A stretch of DNA of 36,200 nucleotides from Candidatus Woesebacteria bacterium. GTDB taxonomy: Bacteria; Patescibacteriota; Microgenomatia; UBA1400; UBA12108. The position numbers were made by a program, and so were the translations under genes. The stretch lies in the NCBI GenBank assembly GCA_031972135.1, contig DALYFH010000004.1:228-36427 (forward strand). The letters run 5' to 3'. The number at the start of each line of letters is the position of its first letter. Position 1 is the stretch's first letter. Shown piece by piece: positions 18,157 through 26,733 of the stretch. Below the pieces are notes generated by a model. It saw nothing but the letters and a program-made list of their open reading frames with translations, did no database searches and had not been told where the DNA came from.

Positions 18157-18939
18157 TTAACTTACTCGATATGAATCTAGCAAAGACTGATCTACTTCTC
18201 CCCAGTGCAGCGCCTCAGCTTGTCTATATGCTATCCGCTCGACTCTATTAGCATCCCTTATCTCAGGATGATACTGTCCGTTAAATATGGCTGTTAGTCT
18301 ATTGTCGTCATCGAAGAAGACCGTGGATCTACTAGTGTTATCGGGGTAACGCGAAAACACCTCAACCTCAACTTGGCTCAACACTCGACCATAGGTACGT
18401 AAATCAGCATAACTAGGAATACTTAACCCTCCAATTAAAGGATTATTTAACTTGTTCTTGTTGGTTCTGTAAGGATTAATCTCCCAACTACGTGATGCAT
18501 GCATCCACAATCCATCACTATTTGAAGAGTCAATTGGTCCTACCCAGTTTCGTTTTTCCCACGCAGGCAGTGACATTAAGTCCTTGTAGCTTGCTTTTAC
18601 TTCGCGGGTATATGGCAACGATTTATGTTTCATCTCTACCCTTACCCTCCATGGCTTAGAAGAGTCGAATGTACGGTTTCTCCAATATTCACCTGTATTC
18701 TCACCAGATATTGATATGTCTGCAAAATGTTTCTCAAGTGAACTAGCATAGTCTTCTTGTCTCATTGGCCTAACTGAAGTTAATATGGTCGCCAGGTTTA
18801 GTCGATCATGACCCTCAGCCTCCCAAAGGTGATATCTACAATCAGGGTAGGTGAGTATATCCAATATTAAGGGAGCTACTTCATATGAAAAAATAATTGG
18901 AATATCACCCAATGCGTCTGTTTCAGGGGTAGGTCTCAT
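18157..18939 (-). CDS. Hypothetical cytoplasmic protein (260 aa), Trp-rich, no recognisable family
   Basis: Long ORF with AAGGAG 5 nt upstream of the ATG. No signal peptide or TM. It lies 15 nt upstream of the MFS gene. Confidence 0.65.
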   Translation of the reverse strand: MRPTPETDALGDIPIIFSYEVAPLILDILTYPDCRYHLWEAEGHDRLNLATILTSVRPMRQEDYASSLEKHFADISISGENTGEYWRNRTFDSSKPWRVRVEMKHKSLPYTREVKASYKDLMSLPAWEKRNWVGPIDSSNSDGLWMHASRSWEINPYRTNKNKLNNPLIGGLSIPSYADLRTYGRVLSQVEVEVFSRYPDNTSRSTVFFDDDNRLTAIFNGQYHPEIRDANRVERIAYRQAEALHWGEVDQSLLDSYRVS

Positions 18940-19038
18940 TTATTCTCCTTAGTTGCTCGTATCCTACCCCCCTGCTATACTAAGTGTCAAAAGTGACGAT
19001 CACTGTCGTCAGTAAATAACAGTAGGGGAGTGAAGAGT

Positions 19039-19917
19039 ATGGATTATGAGCAAAGAACGATCGATGTCTTAAAAAAATTTGGTTTGTCAGACAATGAAGC
19101 CATTGTTTATCAAAAGGCAATCGAACTCGGCGAAACTTCGCCGTTCAAAATCGCCAAAGCGACCGGGATCGCTCGTACCACAGTCTACGCCGTCTTAACC
19201 GATCTAGCTCTCAAGGGCTTGGTCGAACTAGAGAGTGCAACGGGTCTAATGAAGCAACAAACTAAGGTAATAGCCAAAAACCCCAGTGTCCTTAGAGAGA
19301 TTATTCACGCCAAACAAAAATCACTCAGCGCTCAAGAGGTTGATATTGTCGAGATTCTCCCTTGGCTAAAAAAAGAATATCTCAAAGGCGAGGCAGATTC
19401 TGACTTTCAGTTTTTCCCAGGTATGGAGGGTGCCAACTACGTCATGTTTGACTATGACGGTGTCGGTGAGGACTCCTATGTTTTTGACTACCAAGTCCCG
19501 ATGGATGCGACCGGCGGGAAAGAAATGAACAAAGGGGTTGATCGGGGAATCAGGAAGCGTGTGGGAGGGACGGGGATTGAGTACAATCTGACCCCAATGA
19601 CCGATTGGACCAAACATGTCCTCAGTTACCAGGTCGAGCGCAATCCCCACTACCTAGACCGCGCCCAGTTTCGCTATCTCCCATTTGAGATGCAAAACTT
19701 TAACGTCATGGTCCGACTCAAGGGTGATCGTGTCTGGATAGTCTCAGTTAAAGATAAGGAGGTCTGGGGCATCAAAATCAGAAGCAGCAATCTCGCAAGC
19801 TCTCTGATCTCTCTCCACCAAGCACTCTGGAAGATGGCAAGTCCCGTTACCAAAGACATGATCGAATCCTGGATGCCCAATCCCTATCTCCGAGCAGAAA
19901 AAGCTAAAGATCGCTAA
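19039..19917 (+). CDS. TrmB-family transcriptional regulator (paralog 4, most divergent)
   Basis: wHTH FGLSDNEAIVYQKAIELGETSPFKIAKATGIARTTVYAVLTDLALKGLV. C-terminal LHQALWKMA. The track start is GTG 19030. ATG 19039 is preceded by an AGGGGAG Shine-Dalgarno. Confidence 0.65.
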   Translation: MDYEQRTIDVLKKFGLSDNEAIVYQKAIELGETSPFKIAKATGIARTTVYAVLTDLALKGLVELESATGLMKQQTKVIAKNPSVLREIIHAKQKSLSAQEVDIVEILPWLKKEYLKGEADSDFQFFPGMEGANYVMFDYDGVGEDSYVFDYQVPMDATGGKEMNKGVDRGIRKRVGGTGIEYNLTPMTDWTKHVLSYQVERNPHYLDRAQFRYLPFEMQNFNVMVRLKGDRVWIVSVKDKEVWGIKIRSSNLASSLISLHQALWKMASPVTKDMIESWMPNPYLRAEKAKDR

Positions 19918-19927
19918 AATATAAGAT

Positions 19928-20440
19928 ATGGACGAATTAGTCGACATAATTGATATCTCTAAAGTAGTTGTGGGCACAGTTCCCAAGTCACAAGCTCACA
20001 AAGAAGGGCTGCTTCATAAAACTGTTATTTCTCAGCTCATAAATAGCCGTGGAGAATTTTGTTTTGTCCGCCAGTCTGGGGAGAAACAAGATTCGGGCCA
20101 GTTTGTGAGCCCTGTTGGTGGCCATGTTAGTGCAGGTGAGACTGATGAGGAAGCCTTAATCCGCGAATGTCAGGAGGAGTGTGGCCTCACTCCAATAGAT
20201 TACAAACTGATAGGTACAACTATTTATAATCGCGAAGTGATTGGCCGAAAAGAGAATCACTTCTTCGTTGTCTACGAGATCTATACAGATCAAGATCCCA
20301 TCCTCAACCACGAATCAGTCGAGTTTAAAAAGTTCAGCAAACAAAAGATTAAATCACAAGTCCAATCAAACCCAGCCTACTTTGGTGATGCCTGGCACCA
20401 CGTCTTTAAGACTTTTTACCCGTCAATCTACAATTCCTAG
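19928..20440 (+). CDS. Nudix hydrolase
   Basis: 170 aa with a complete Nudix box GGHVSAGETDEEALIRECQEECGL (G.5E.7REU.EE.GU). Confidence 0.85.
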   Translation: MDELVDIIDISKVVVGTVPKSQAHKEGLLHKTVISQLINSRGEFCFVRQSGEKQDSGQFVSPVGGHVSAGETDEEALIRECQEECGLTPIDYKLIGTTIYNREVIGRKENHFFVVYEIYTDQDPILNHESVEFKKFSKQKIKSQVQSNPAYFGDAWHHVFKTFYPSIYNS

Positions 20441-20444
20441 TTTA

Positions 20445-20464
20445 TTGCGCGATAGTTGCGCGAT
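20445..20464 (+). repeat. Tandem direct repeat TTGCGCGAT x2 (11-bp phase) just upstream of the fic -10 box
   Basis: Copies at 20445-20453 and 20456-20464, GC-rich in an AT-rich spacer. TGtTATAAT follows at 20467-20475. Confidence 0.4.
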
Positions 20465-20481
20465 TATGTTATAATTAACAC

Positions 20482-21510
20482 ATGTTTAATCCAAAATACC
20501 AGATTACCGATCAAATACTAGCCTGGTTATCAGATATTGCCGAAATTCGTGCTAAAATCGCGCATGCCAAACTACTCCCAGTCCGAGAAACTATATTACG
20601 TCGTCGGGCAATTATAAGAATGACGCATAGTAGTACCAGTATCGAAGGCAACACTCTGTCCGAAGAAGAGGTTGAAAAAGTCGCCTCCAAGCAACCAGTA
20701 TTGGTACCAAATCAAGATCGACTAGAAGTCGAAAATTATCTCAAAGCACTCGAAGTAGTTAACCAGCTCGCTACCAAGTCTAGTATTACCTTGCCACACC
20801 TCCTCTCACTCCATCGTCATACAATGCAGGGGCTCTTGCCCTCTGCCAAAACTGGCGTACTTCGAAATGGCCCAGTCTACATAGTCAACACTCGTCTCGG
20901 CAGGCGAGATGAAATAGTATACACCCCTCCCTCTGCAGACCAAGTGCAAGCTCTCATCAAAAATTTGTTTTCTTGGCACAATTCTGCCAGCAATGTTCAT
21001 CCAGTTATCCGTGCTGGTATTTTACACTTCCAGTTTGAGTCTATTCACCCTTTTCCTGACGGCAATGGTCGCGTAGGTCGCCTCCTAACCCTACTATCCC
21101 TTTACCAGTCCGGGTGGGATTTCCGTCGTGGCTTAGTGCTAGAGGAGTATTACAACCTCGATCGCTCCTCTTACTACCAAGCACTAAAAGAAGGTAGAGA
21201 CGACTTGACCTCTTGGCTTACCTATTTTATCCAAGGTTTTTGGGTCGAAGCACTTCAGCTTCAAGAATCAGTTAACTCACTACTAGCCGGTACTGGTTCT
21301 CTCCATGATCGTAAACTAGATACTTCTGATCTCAAAATTATCGATTTTGTTTTAACACTGGGCAAAGTTAGTAGTAATGACGTGAGCGATATTCTCTCTG
21401 TTCCACTTCGCACAGCACAGTCACGGCTCTCACGTCTAGTAAAATACCAAATTTTGCGCCGTCTCGGATCTGGCCGTGCCACTTACTACAAAATACCAAA
21501 GGTGGGGTAA
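20482..21510 (+). CDS. fic: Fic/DOC-family protein (AMPylase-type, intramolecular inhibitory helix, C-terminal wHTH)
   Basis: 342 aa. Canonical Fic motif HPFPDGNGRVGR. N-terminal STSIEGN matches the (S/T)...E(G/N) autoinhibition motif. The C-terminal LRTAQSRLSRLVKYQILRRLGSGRATYY is wHTH-like. Confidence 0.9.
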   Translation: MFNPKYQITDQILAWLSDIAEIRAKIAHAKLLPVRETILRRRAIIRMTHSSTSIEGNTLSEEEVEKVASKQPVLVPNQDRLEVENYLKALEVVNQLATKSSITLPHLLSLHRHTMQGLLPSAKTGVLRNGPVYIVNTRLGRRDEIVYTPPSADQVQALIKNLFSWHNSASNVHPVIRAGILHFQFESIHPFPDGNGRVGRLLTLLSLYQSGWDFRRGLVLEEYYNLDRSSYYQALKEGRDDLTSWLTYFIQGFWVEALQLQESVNSLLAGTGSLHDRKLDTSDLKIIDFVLTLGKVSSNDVSDILSVPLRTAQSRLSRLVKYQILRRLGSGRATYYKIPKVG

Positions 21511-22575
21511 TTACTTTCTAGGACCTGTTCTCATCCATCTATTCTTCTCAATAAACAGGTAGCTGAGGCGAGCTACAGGTACAGTGATAATCACACTTAT
21601 CAAAGTATTTATTAAGAGGGTTATCACTCCGCTGCCGAGTAGCTGTACTAGGAGTGGAGTCACCGAGTACAAGATCAAAAAATGCCACAAATAAAAGCTG
21701 TACGAAATCTTGCCGAGTGAAACTAGATATATATTCTCAAACAAGGAGTACTTGTTGCAGATCACTGACCCGACCAAAATATATGCCCCAACAGCCTCAA
21801 GAATCCAGGTCCACCTCGATAGGATTAGATAGCGGAGGCTCATTACTAACAACGTTACTATAAGTAACCTGTGACCTCTGAGCGCTTCATAGATCCATAT
21901 GAGTTTGGGTGAGTAACTATTTATCATCGTACCCAATATAAATGCCCCAAACAGTAAGTACTCGTCTTTGCCTGTAATCCATGATAGTAGTAATAGGTCG
22001 ACAAATATTAATGCGTATACCGATCCACTCAACCTACCTCTTAGCTTATCGATCAGTGGATAAACTAGTGCCCCAACCACAAACACACTCATTGTCCAGG
22101 TAGCCCCGCCAAGTCCAGGCTTAAGAAATGCTAGGTGCTCAATAAGTTCTCTTAGGCTAATCGGGCCTTGCAGCCACCACCCCCACCATAAACTCGCATC
22201 AGGGATAGTGACAGGAGCTAATCCTGTCACGATAGCTGTATATAGTAATAGAGTTGTAATTACATACACTGGCATCAGTCGGGTCAACCGATGGGTGTAG
22301 TACGAATAGAGTCCTTTGCTCGGTGAGTAGGAAATAGAGCACGCCCATCCCGATATCACCATAAAAACCATCACAAAAAAACTACCATTGCTCAGCCATA
22401 ATAGAATCTGCACAACTAAATTTTCTGCACCTAGCCCTGCATATAAGGGATGCATCCACAGATTACCCACTCCATTAATAGCCAAAACCAATAACCCATG
22501 GTGGGTCGCAACTGCGAGTGCAGCTAGTCCTCTTAGGCCATCTATTGAGTTGTTTCGCTCGCGCGATTGTTTCAT
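21511..22575 (-). CDS. Acyltransferase family 3 (OafA/YrhL-like) membrane protein
   Basis: 354 aa, about 10 TM. N-terminal IDGLRGLAALAVATHH is the family signature. Its stop codon abuts the fic stop codon with no spacer. Confidence 0.8.
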   Translation of the reverse strand: MKQSRERNNSIDGLRGLAALAVATHHGLLVLAINGVGNLWMHPLYAGLGAENLVVQILLWLSNGSFFVMVFMVISGWACSISYSPSKGLYSYYTHRLTRLMPVYVITTLLLYTAIVTGLAPVTIPDASLWWGWWLQGPISLRELIEHLAFLKPGLGGATWTMSVFVVGALVYPLIDKLRGRLSGSVYALIFVDLLLLSWITGKDEYLLFGAFILGTMINSYSPKLIWIYEALRGHRLLIVTLLVMSLRYLILSRWTWILEAVGAYILVGSVICNKYSLFENIYLVSLGKISYSFYLWHFLILYSVTPLLVQLLGSGVITLLINTLISVIITVPVARLSYLFIEKNRWMRTGPRK

Positions 22576-22579
22576 GAAG

Positions 22580-24889
22580 TTATACCACTGGCCACTTGGC
22601 TGTAATCAATTGCTCTTCTGTTCTTTCGGGGAACTCTTTCCAGATTGCCTCTGTCACAAAAGGCATAAACGGATGTAGTAGTTTGAGTCCAGTCAGTAGG
22701 ACGTGTCTAAGCACTGTCAGTGCGACTTCTGAGTCTTTTCGGTCCTTGATCTGTTCAATATATATAGCCGCCACCTCATCCCACATAAAGTGATATATCG
22801 TCTCTGCCGCCTCAGCAAAACGGAACTTCTCTAGTAACTCATCCGTCATTTTAATGGTGTTGTTTAACTTGCTTAGGATCTCTGTATCAGCCTCGGTTAA
22901 TCCCTCCATCCCAGCCTCATACCACTTAATTTCCCGTGCCCCCAGCGAAGTTCCGCTTTCGCGGGACGAAGTGGGGTCTACCATCATGTGATAAAACCTT
23001 GTCATATTCCAGAGTTTATTCGCAAAGTTGCGGTAAGAGATAATTTTATCTTTGGGGAATGCAAAATCTTTGCCATTCGCTGTACCAGATATAAGCCCCA
23101 TTCGGAGGGCGTCTACTCCATACTTCTCCATGTATTCATCAGGGTTTATCACGTTACCTAAACTCTTGCTCATTTTGCGACCGTCCAGCGATCTAACCAG
23201 TCCGTGTAGATACACATACTCAAAAGGAGGTTTGCCCGTTAGATATATCCCAAACATAATCATGCGGGATACCCAGAACCGGATAATCTCCCATCCAGTC
23301 TCGAGTACCGATGTCGGATAGAATTTTTTAAAGTCTTCGCTGTCTGGATATTTCAAAGTTACGAGCGGCCAGTGTCCCGAGGAGAACCATGTGTCAAAGG
23401 TGTCTGTCTCCTGTAGATATCCCTCGCCTGGCGAGTCCACACTCACCACCGACTCGCATCCAGCTGGGGCAATTAATGTTTGTAGTCCATCTCTAATTTC
23501 TTCAAATTTGTATGACTTAAGTAGTTCGCCCACTTGTCCAGAAACTACTTTTTTCTCTTTATTTAAGAAAGTTATCTGGATTTTCTGATTCTCCGAGTGT
23601 TCTGAGTTTTCTGATACTCCGACCCAGTACCAAACCGGTATCCTGATCCCCCAGACTACTTGTCGGCTGATCGGCCAGTCATGCATCTCCTCCATCCACT
23701 TGGTATACGTGACTTCTCGCCACTTAGGATAGATTTTTACTGCTCCTGAGGTAACTGCTTCAAGCGCTGGTTTTTTTAGCGATTCCACTTTTACAAACCA
23801 GTTGGGTAGTATCATGGGTTCTATATCATGCCCACCCTTGTAACAGACCGTCACTGCATGTTCATATTTATCATTAATTTTCTCGATTAGTCCCTTGGCT
23901 TGCAGCTCTTCTACCACTTCTTTTCGTGCTGTAAACACGCTCTTGCCAGCCCATTTGCCTGCGGCTTGAGTCATTTTGCCATCCATCCCAATCCCAATTA
24001 CAACCGGCAATCCGTGCTTGATTGCAGCATCAAAATCATTTTTGTCATGCGCAGGAGTCAGCTTGACAACACCAGTCCCAAACTCAGGGTCAACAAACGT
24101 ATCAGCAATAATACTCATCTCTAAGCCTGTTAATGGATTAGACAATTTGCGACCTACAAGCCAATTATTCTTTTTATCTGTCGGATGCACGGCTAGGTGA
24201 GTGTCGAGCATGATTGGCTCAGGACGGGTAGTTGCTACCACGATAAGTTCTGGCTCGTCTCCCTTTCTTTCGAGTAGTGGGTATCGTACATAATACAGTT
24301 TATCAACTCTGTCTTCATGGAGTATTTCTAGGTCGGCAAAGGTTGTCCCGCACTTTGGACAATAGTTCACCATGTAGTTGTCACGGTACACTAGGCCTTC
24401 TTTGTGCATCTTGGCAAAAGTCTCATAAACCGTCGAGACTACATGGGGATCTAGGGTAAAACTATAGCGACTCCAGTCAACCGAAGCTCCCATTTGTCTA
24501 ATCTGTCCCTCGATTTGTGATTTATTATTCTGTACAAAATCCCAAATATTGCTGTAGAGAGTCTCTCGATCAAACTCAAAGCGAGATTTACCTTGTTTCT
24601 TTAGTTCTCGTTCATAGGTGATCTGTGTTTCAAAGCCTGCATGGTCTGTGCCAGGGATCCAGAGAGTAGGGTCACCTTTCATCCGGTGATAGCGGATCAT
24701 CAAATCTTCGATTGCGATCATGAGTACATTACCCATATGCATTTTGCCAGAAGCATTAGGGGGAGGGAGCACTATTGTAAAAGGTTTTCCTTTTGCGCTC
24801 TCGCTGGGTTTAAAAGCACCACTCTTTTCCCACTCATCATAAATCTGGGATTCTACCAACTTGTGATCAAAGTTCTTTGCCATTGTCAT
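22580..24889 (-). CDS. valS: Valine--tRNA ligase (short, archaeal-like form)
   Basis: 769 aa. PPPNASGKMHMGN (HIGH-region), GTDHAGFETQ, DTWFSSGHWP, KMSKS (GRKMSKSLGNVI). TGgTAAAAT lies 6 nt upstream of the ATG on the minus strand. Confidence 0.95.
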   Translation of the reverse strand: MTMAKNFDHKLVESQIYDEWEKSGAFKPSESAKGKPFTIVLPPPNASGKMHMGNVLMIAIEDLMIRYHRMKGDPTLWIPGTDHAGFETQITYERELKKQGKSRFEFDRETLYSNIWDFVQNNKSQIEGQIRQMGASVDWSRYSFTLDPHVVSTVYETFAKMHKEGLVYRDNYMVNYCPKCGTTFADLEILHEDRVDKLYYVRYPLLERKGDEPELIVVATTRPEPIMLDTHLAVHPTDKKNNWLVGRKLSNPLTGLEMSIIADTFVDPEFGTGVVKLTPAHDKNDFDAAIKHGLPVVIGIGMDGKMTQAAGKWAGKSVFTARKEVVEELQAKGLIEKINDKYEHAVTVCYKGGHDIEPMILPNWFVKVESLKKPALEAVTSGAVKIYPKWREVTYTKWMEEMHDWPISRQVVWGIRIPVWYWVGVSENSEHSENQKIQITFLNKEKKVVSGQVGELLKSYKFEEIRDGLQTLIAPAGCESVVSVDSPGEGYLQETDTFDTWFSSGHWPLVTLKYPDSEDFKKFYPTSVLETGWEIIRFWVSRMIMFGIYLTGKPPFEYVYLHGLVRSLDGRKMSKSLGNVINPDEYMEKYGVDALRMGLISGTANGKDFAFPKDKIISYRNFANKLWNMTRFYHMMVDPTSSRESGTSLGAREIKWYEAGMEGLTEADTEILSKLNNTIKMTDELLEKFRFAEAAETIYHFMWDEVAAIYIEQIKDRKDSEVALTVLRHVLLTGLKLLHPFMPFVTEAIWKEFPERTEEQLITAKWPVV

Positions 24890-24924
24890 GGGGATATTTT
24901 ACCAGAGATCTATTTGAGATTTGC

Positions 24925-26670
24925 TTATTGACCGGTCCCTCTCAAAAACACCGATGCCCACGGGCGGTAGTTGGAACTAAACACTTTATCTTGTAAGATC
25001 TCACCATTCCTCTCTACCTTATACTCAAAACTAGTTTTTGCGCCAGACGCTGCCCAGTCTACTTGTTTCATAGTCCCAGTCGGTAGAGATGGGTCGTCTT
25101 GATAGATGGTCGGTAGTGGTCCACTCATTCCCGATACTTTTGGTTCTGTTATGGTTGCCACTCTCCCATCACTAGTCCCGTAGATCTCAACAACTAGGTG
25201 GAGTTCTTTTGGATCATTTATAGTCTGCACTAGGATATGGCCCGGCGTGTCGTTCTTAAATCTCAGATCCTTGCTGGGGGAGTATACAGTCGCATCAACT
25301 CCTGGCTTACTATTTTGCTCGTAATACCCGACTCGGTATGCATGCGCCCACCTCTCCGTAATCGGCAGTCCTGCACTCATCGCGGCTCTAAACAAAGTAG
25401 TTGATACCTGACACACCCCGCCTCCATCGCCCAGTACCGTCCGCCCACCTGAGATTACATAGGCTGTTCGGTATCCAGTCGCACCCGATATCTCACCCAC
25501 ACTTTTATTAAAACTATACTCTTCTCCTGGTGGTACCAGTACTGAGTTGGTCCGCTCGGCTGCCAGTCCTACATTAAACACACGGTTGGGTATTGAGTGT
25601 GCATAATAAGACTCACCTCGGCCTATCCGCTCTTTTATCCCCAGCTCATTTATTTTGTCGATCGTCACTTTTGGCGATGTTCTCTGTACTACTATTTCTA
25701 TCTTAGTTTCTTTTTCCTCATTCTCAATAAGTGCGGTCATGGTAAGCTCAATGTTTTGTGAGGTCTTTTCTAGGTCGACCTGAATACCATCCCTCCCGGG
25801 CGCAAACTCAGTTACCCGACCGTCCTCGTACTTAAACTTGGCATCAACTGCCTCTCTATTCAAACTCTCCTCGAGACCTTTTACATACTCTACAACCGTA
25901 TTAGCGTCGACTAATTTATTCTGGCCTGGCTCGCGGCTCAAAAACTGGATAAGCTCAACTCCCAATAGCTTTATACGCTCATCATCTTGTTCAAGAATTA
26001 GCTGCTTAGGCAGTAGGGTGGTAGCTCGCTCTTTTAGTGCTACCTGTTCCTCGTCTCTCAGCTGGGTCAAAATAACTTTGGTGGGGACAGTGATAGGCTC
26101 AGATGATAATAGTGTCGTTCTCTCACCTATGAGATTAGAGAGTTCTTGAGTATCAACAGCTAGTCCATCCTTGCCATTAATCAAGTTGACTGCTCCATTT
26201 TTTACACTCAGTTCCGTCTGTACCGCTGGGATCTCAACGGTCTGCGCAATCTCCTCGACCATTTTTATGTACTCAGGTGTAGTTCCTGTCCCGAGCACTA
26301 GGCCAAACTCTTGCGGCTGCGCCACAAATACGAGCGCGTAGTCACGCAGGTCGAGCCTCCGCCCCACCCGGTAAGCACGGTTTAGACTCTCGTCAATATT
26401 AATGTCTATCGAGCTTGCACCTAGCTCCCAAGCGTACCCATTGTAGTTAAGCGTTATTTTTCTCTCATCGATCGCTTGCTTTAGTGTGGTTGCTGCCTCC
26501 GCCCTAGTCATGCCACCAACCGCTAGGTTAGCTATTGTTACGTTGGGATAAAACTTGCTATGCCAGATTATCCGGGTCATCGCGATCATGCCGAGCAGTC
26601 CCGCCAGGATACCGAGGAGGTAGTAACCACTCATTTTTAAAACACTATTATTTTTCTGCACTTTTTTCAT
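24925..26670 (-). CDS. VanW-family protein, N-terminally membrane-anchored
   Basis: 581 aa. TM YYLLGILAGLLGMIAMT. C-terminal VanW core GGGVCQVSTTLFRAAMSAGLPITERWAHAYRVGYY. Confidence 0.85.
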   Translation of the reverse strand: MKKVQKNNSVLKMSGYYLLGILAGLLGMIAMTRIIWHSKFYPNVTIANLAVGGMTRAEAATTLKQAIDERKITLNYNGYAWELGASSIDINIDESLNRAYRVGRRLDLRDYALVFVAQPQEFGLVLGTGTTPEYIKMVEEIAQTVEIPAVQTELSVKNGAVNLINGKDGLAVDTQELSNLIGERTTLLSSEPITVPTKVILTQLRDEEQVALKERATTLLPKQLILEQDDERIKLLGVELIQFLSREPGQNKLVDANTVVEYVKGLEESLNREAVDAKFKYEDGRVTEFAPGRDGIQVDLEKTSQNIELTMTALIENEEKETKIEIVVQRTSPKVTIDKINELGIKERIGRGESYYAHSIPNRVFNVGLAAERTNSVLVPPGEEYSFNKSVGEISGATGYRTAYVISGGRTVLGDGGGVCQVSTTLFRAAMSAGLPITERWAHAYRVGYYEQNSKPGVDATVYSPSKDLRFKNDTPGHILVQTINDPKELHLVVEIYGTSDGRVATITEPKVSGMSGPLPTIYQDDPSLPTGTMKQVDWAASGAKTSFEYKVERNGEILQDKVFSSNYRPWASVFLRGTGQ

Positions 26671-26733
26671 ATGTCTCTGCTATCATAATACATATATCTA
26701 ATAACTCGGTACTAAGTACTTTATACTAAGTGT

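Noticed and set aside
18976-18987. 12-mer TATACTAAGTGT shared between the TrmB paralog 4 spacer (18976-18987) and the SBP promoter (26722-26733)
   Set aside because: In about 36 kb, tens of coincidental 12-mer repeats are expected (roughly N squared / 2 / 4^12). Both copies contain a -10-like TATACT, so the shared promoter-like composition is sufficient explanation.
18994-19011. Inverted repeat TGACGA-N6-TCGTCA in the spacer between the 260-aa orphan and TrmB paralog 4
   Set aside because: The arms are only 6 bp, so the chance expectation within a 100-bp spacer is not negligible. It is a possible operator, but the sequence alone does not support it.
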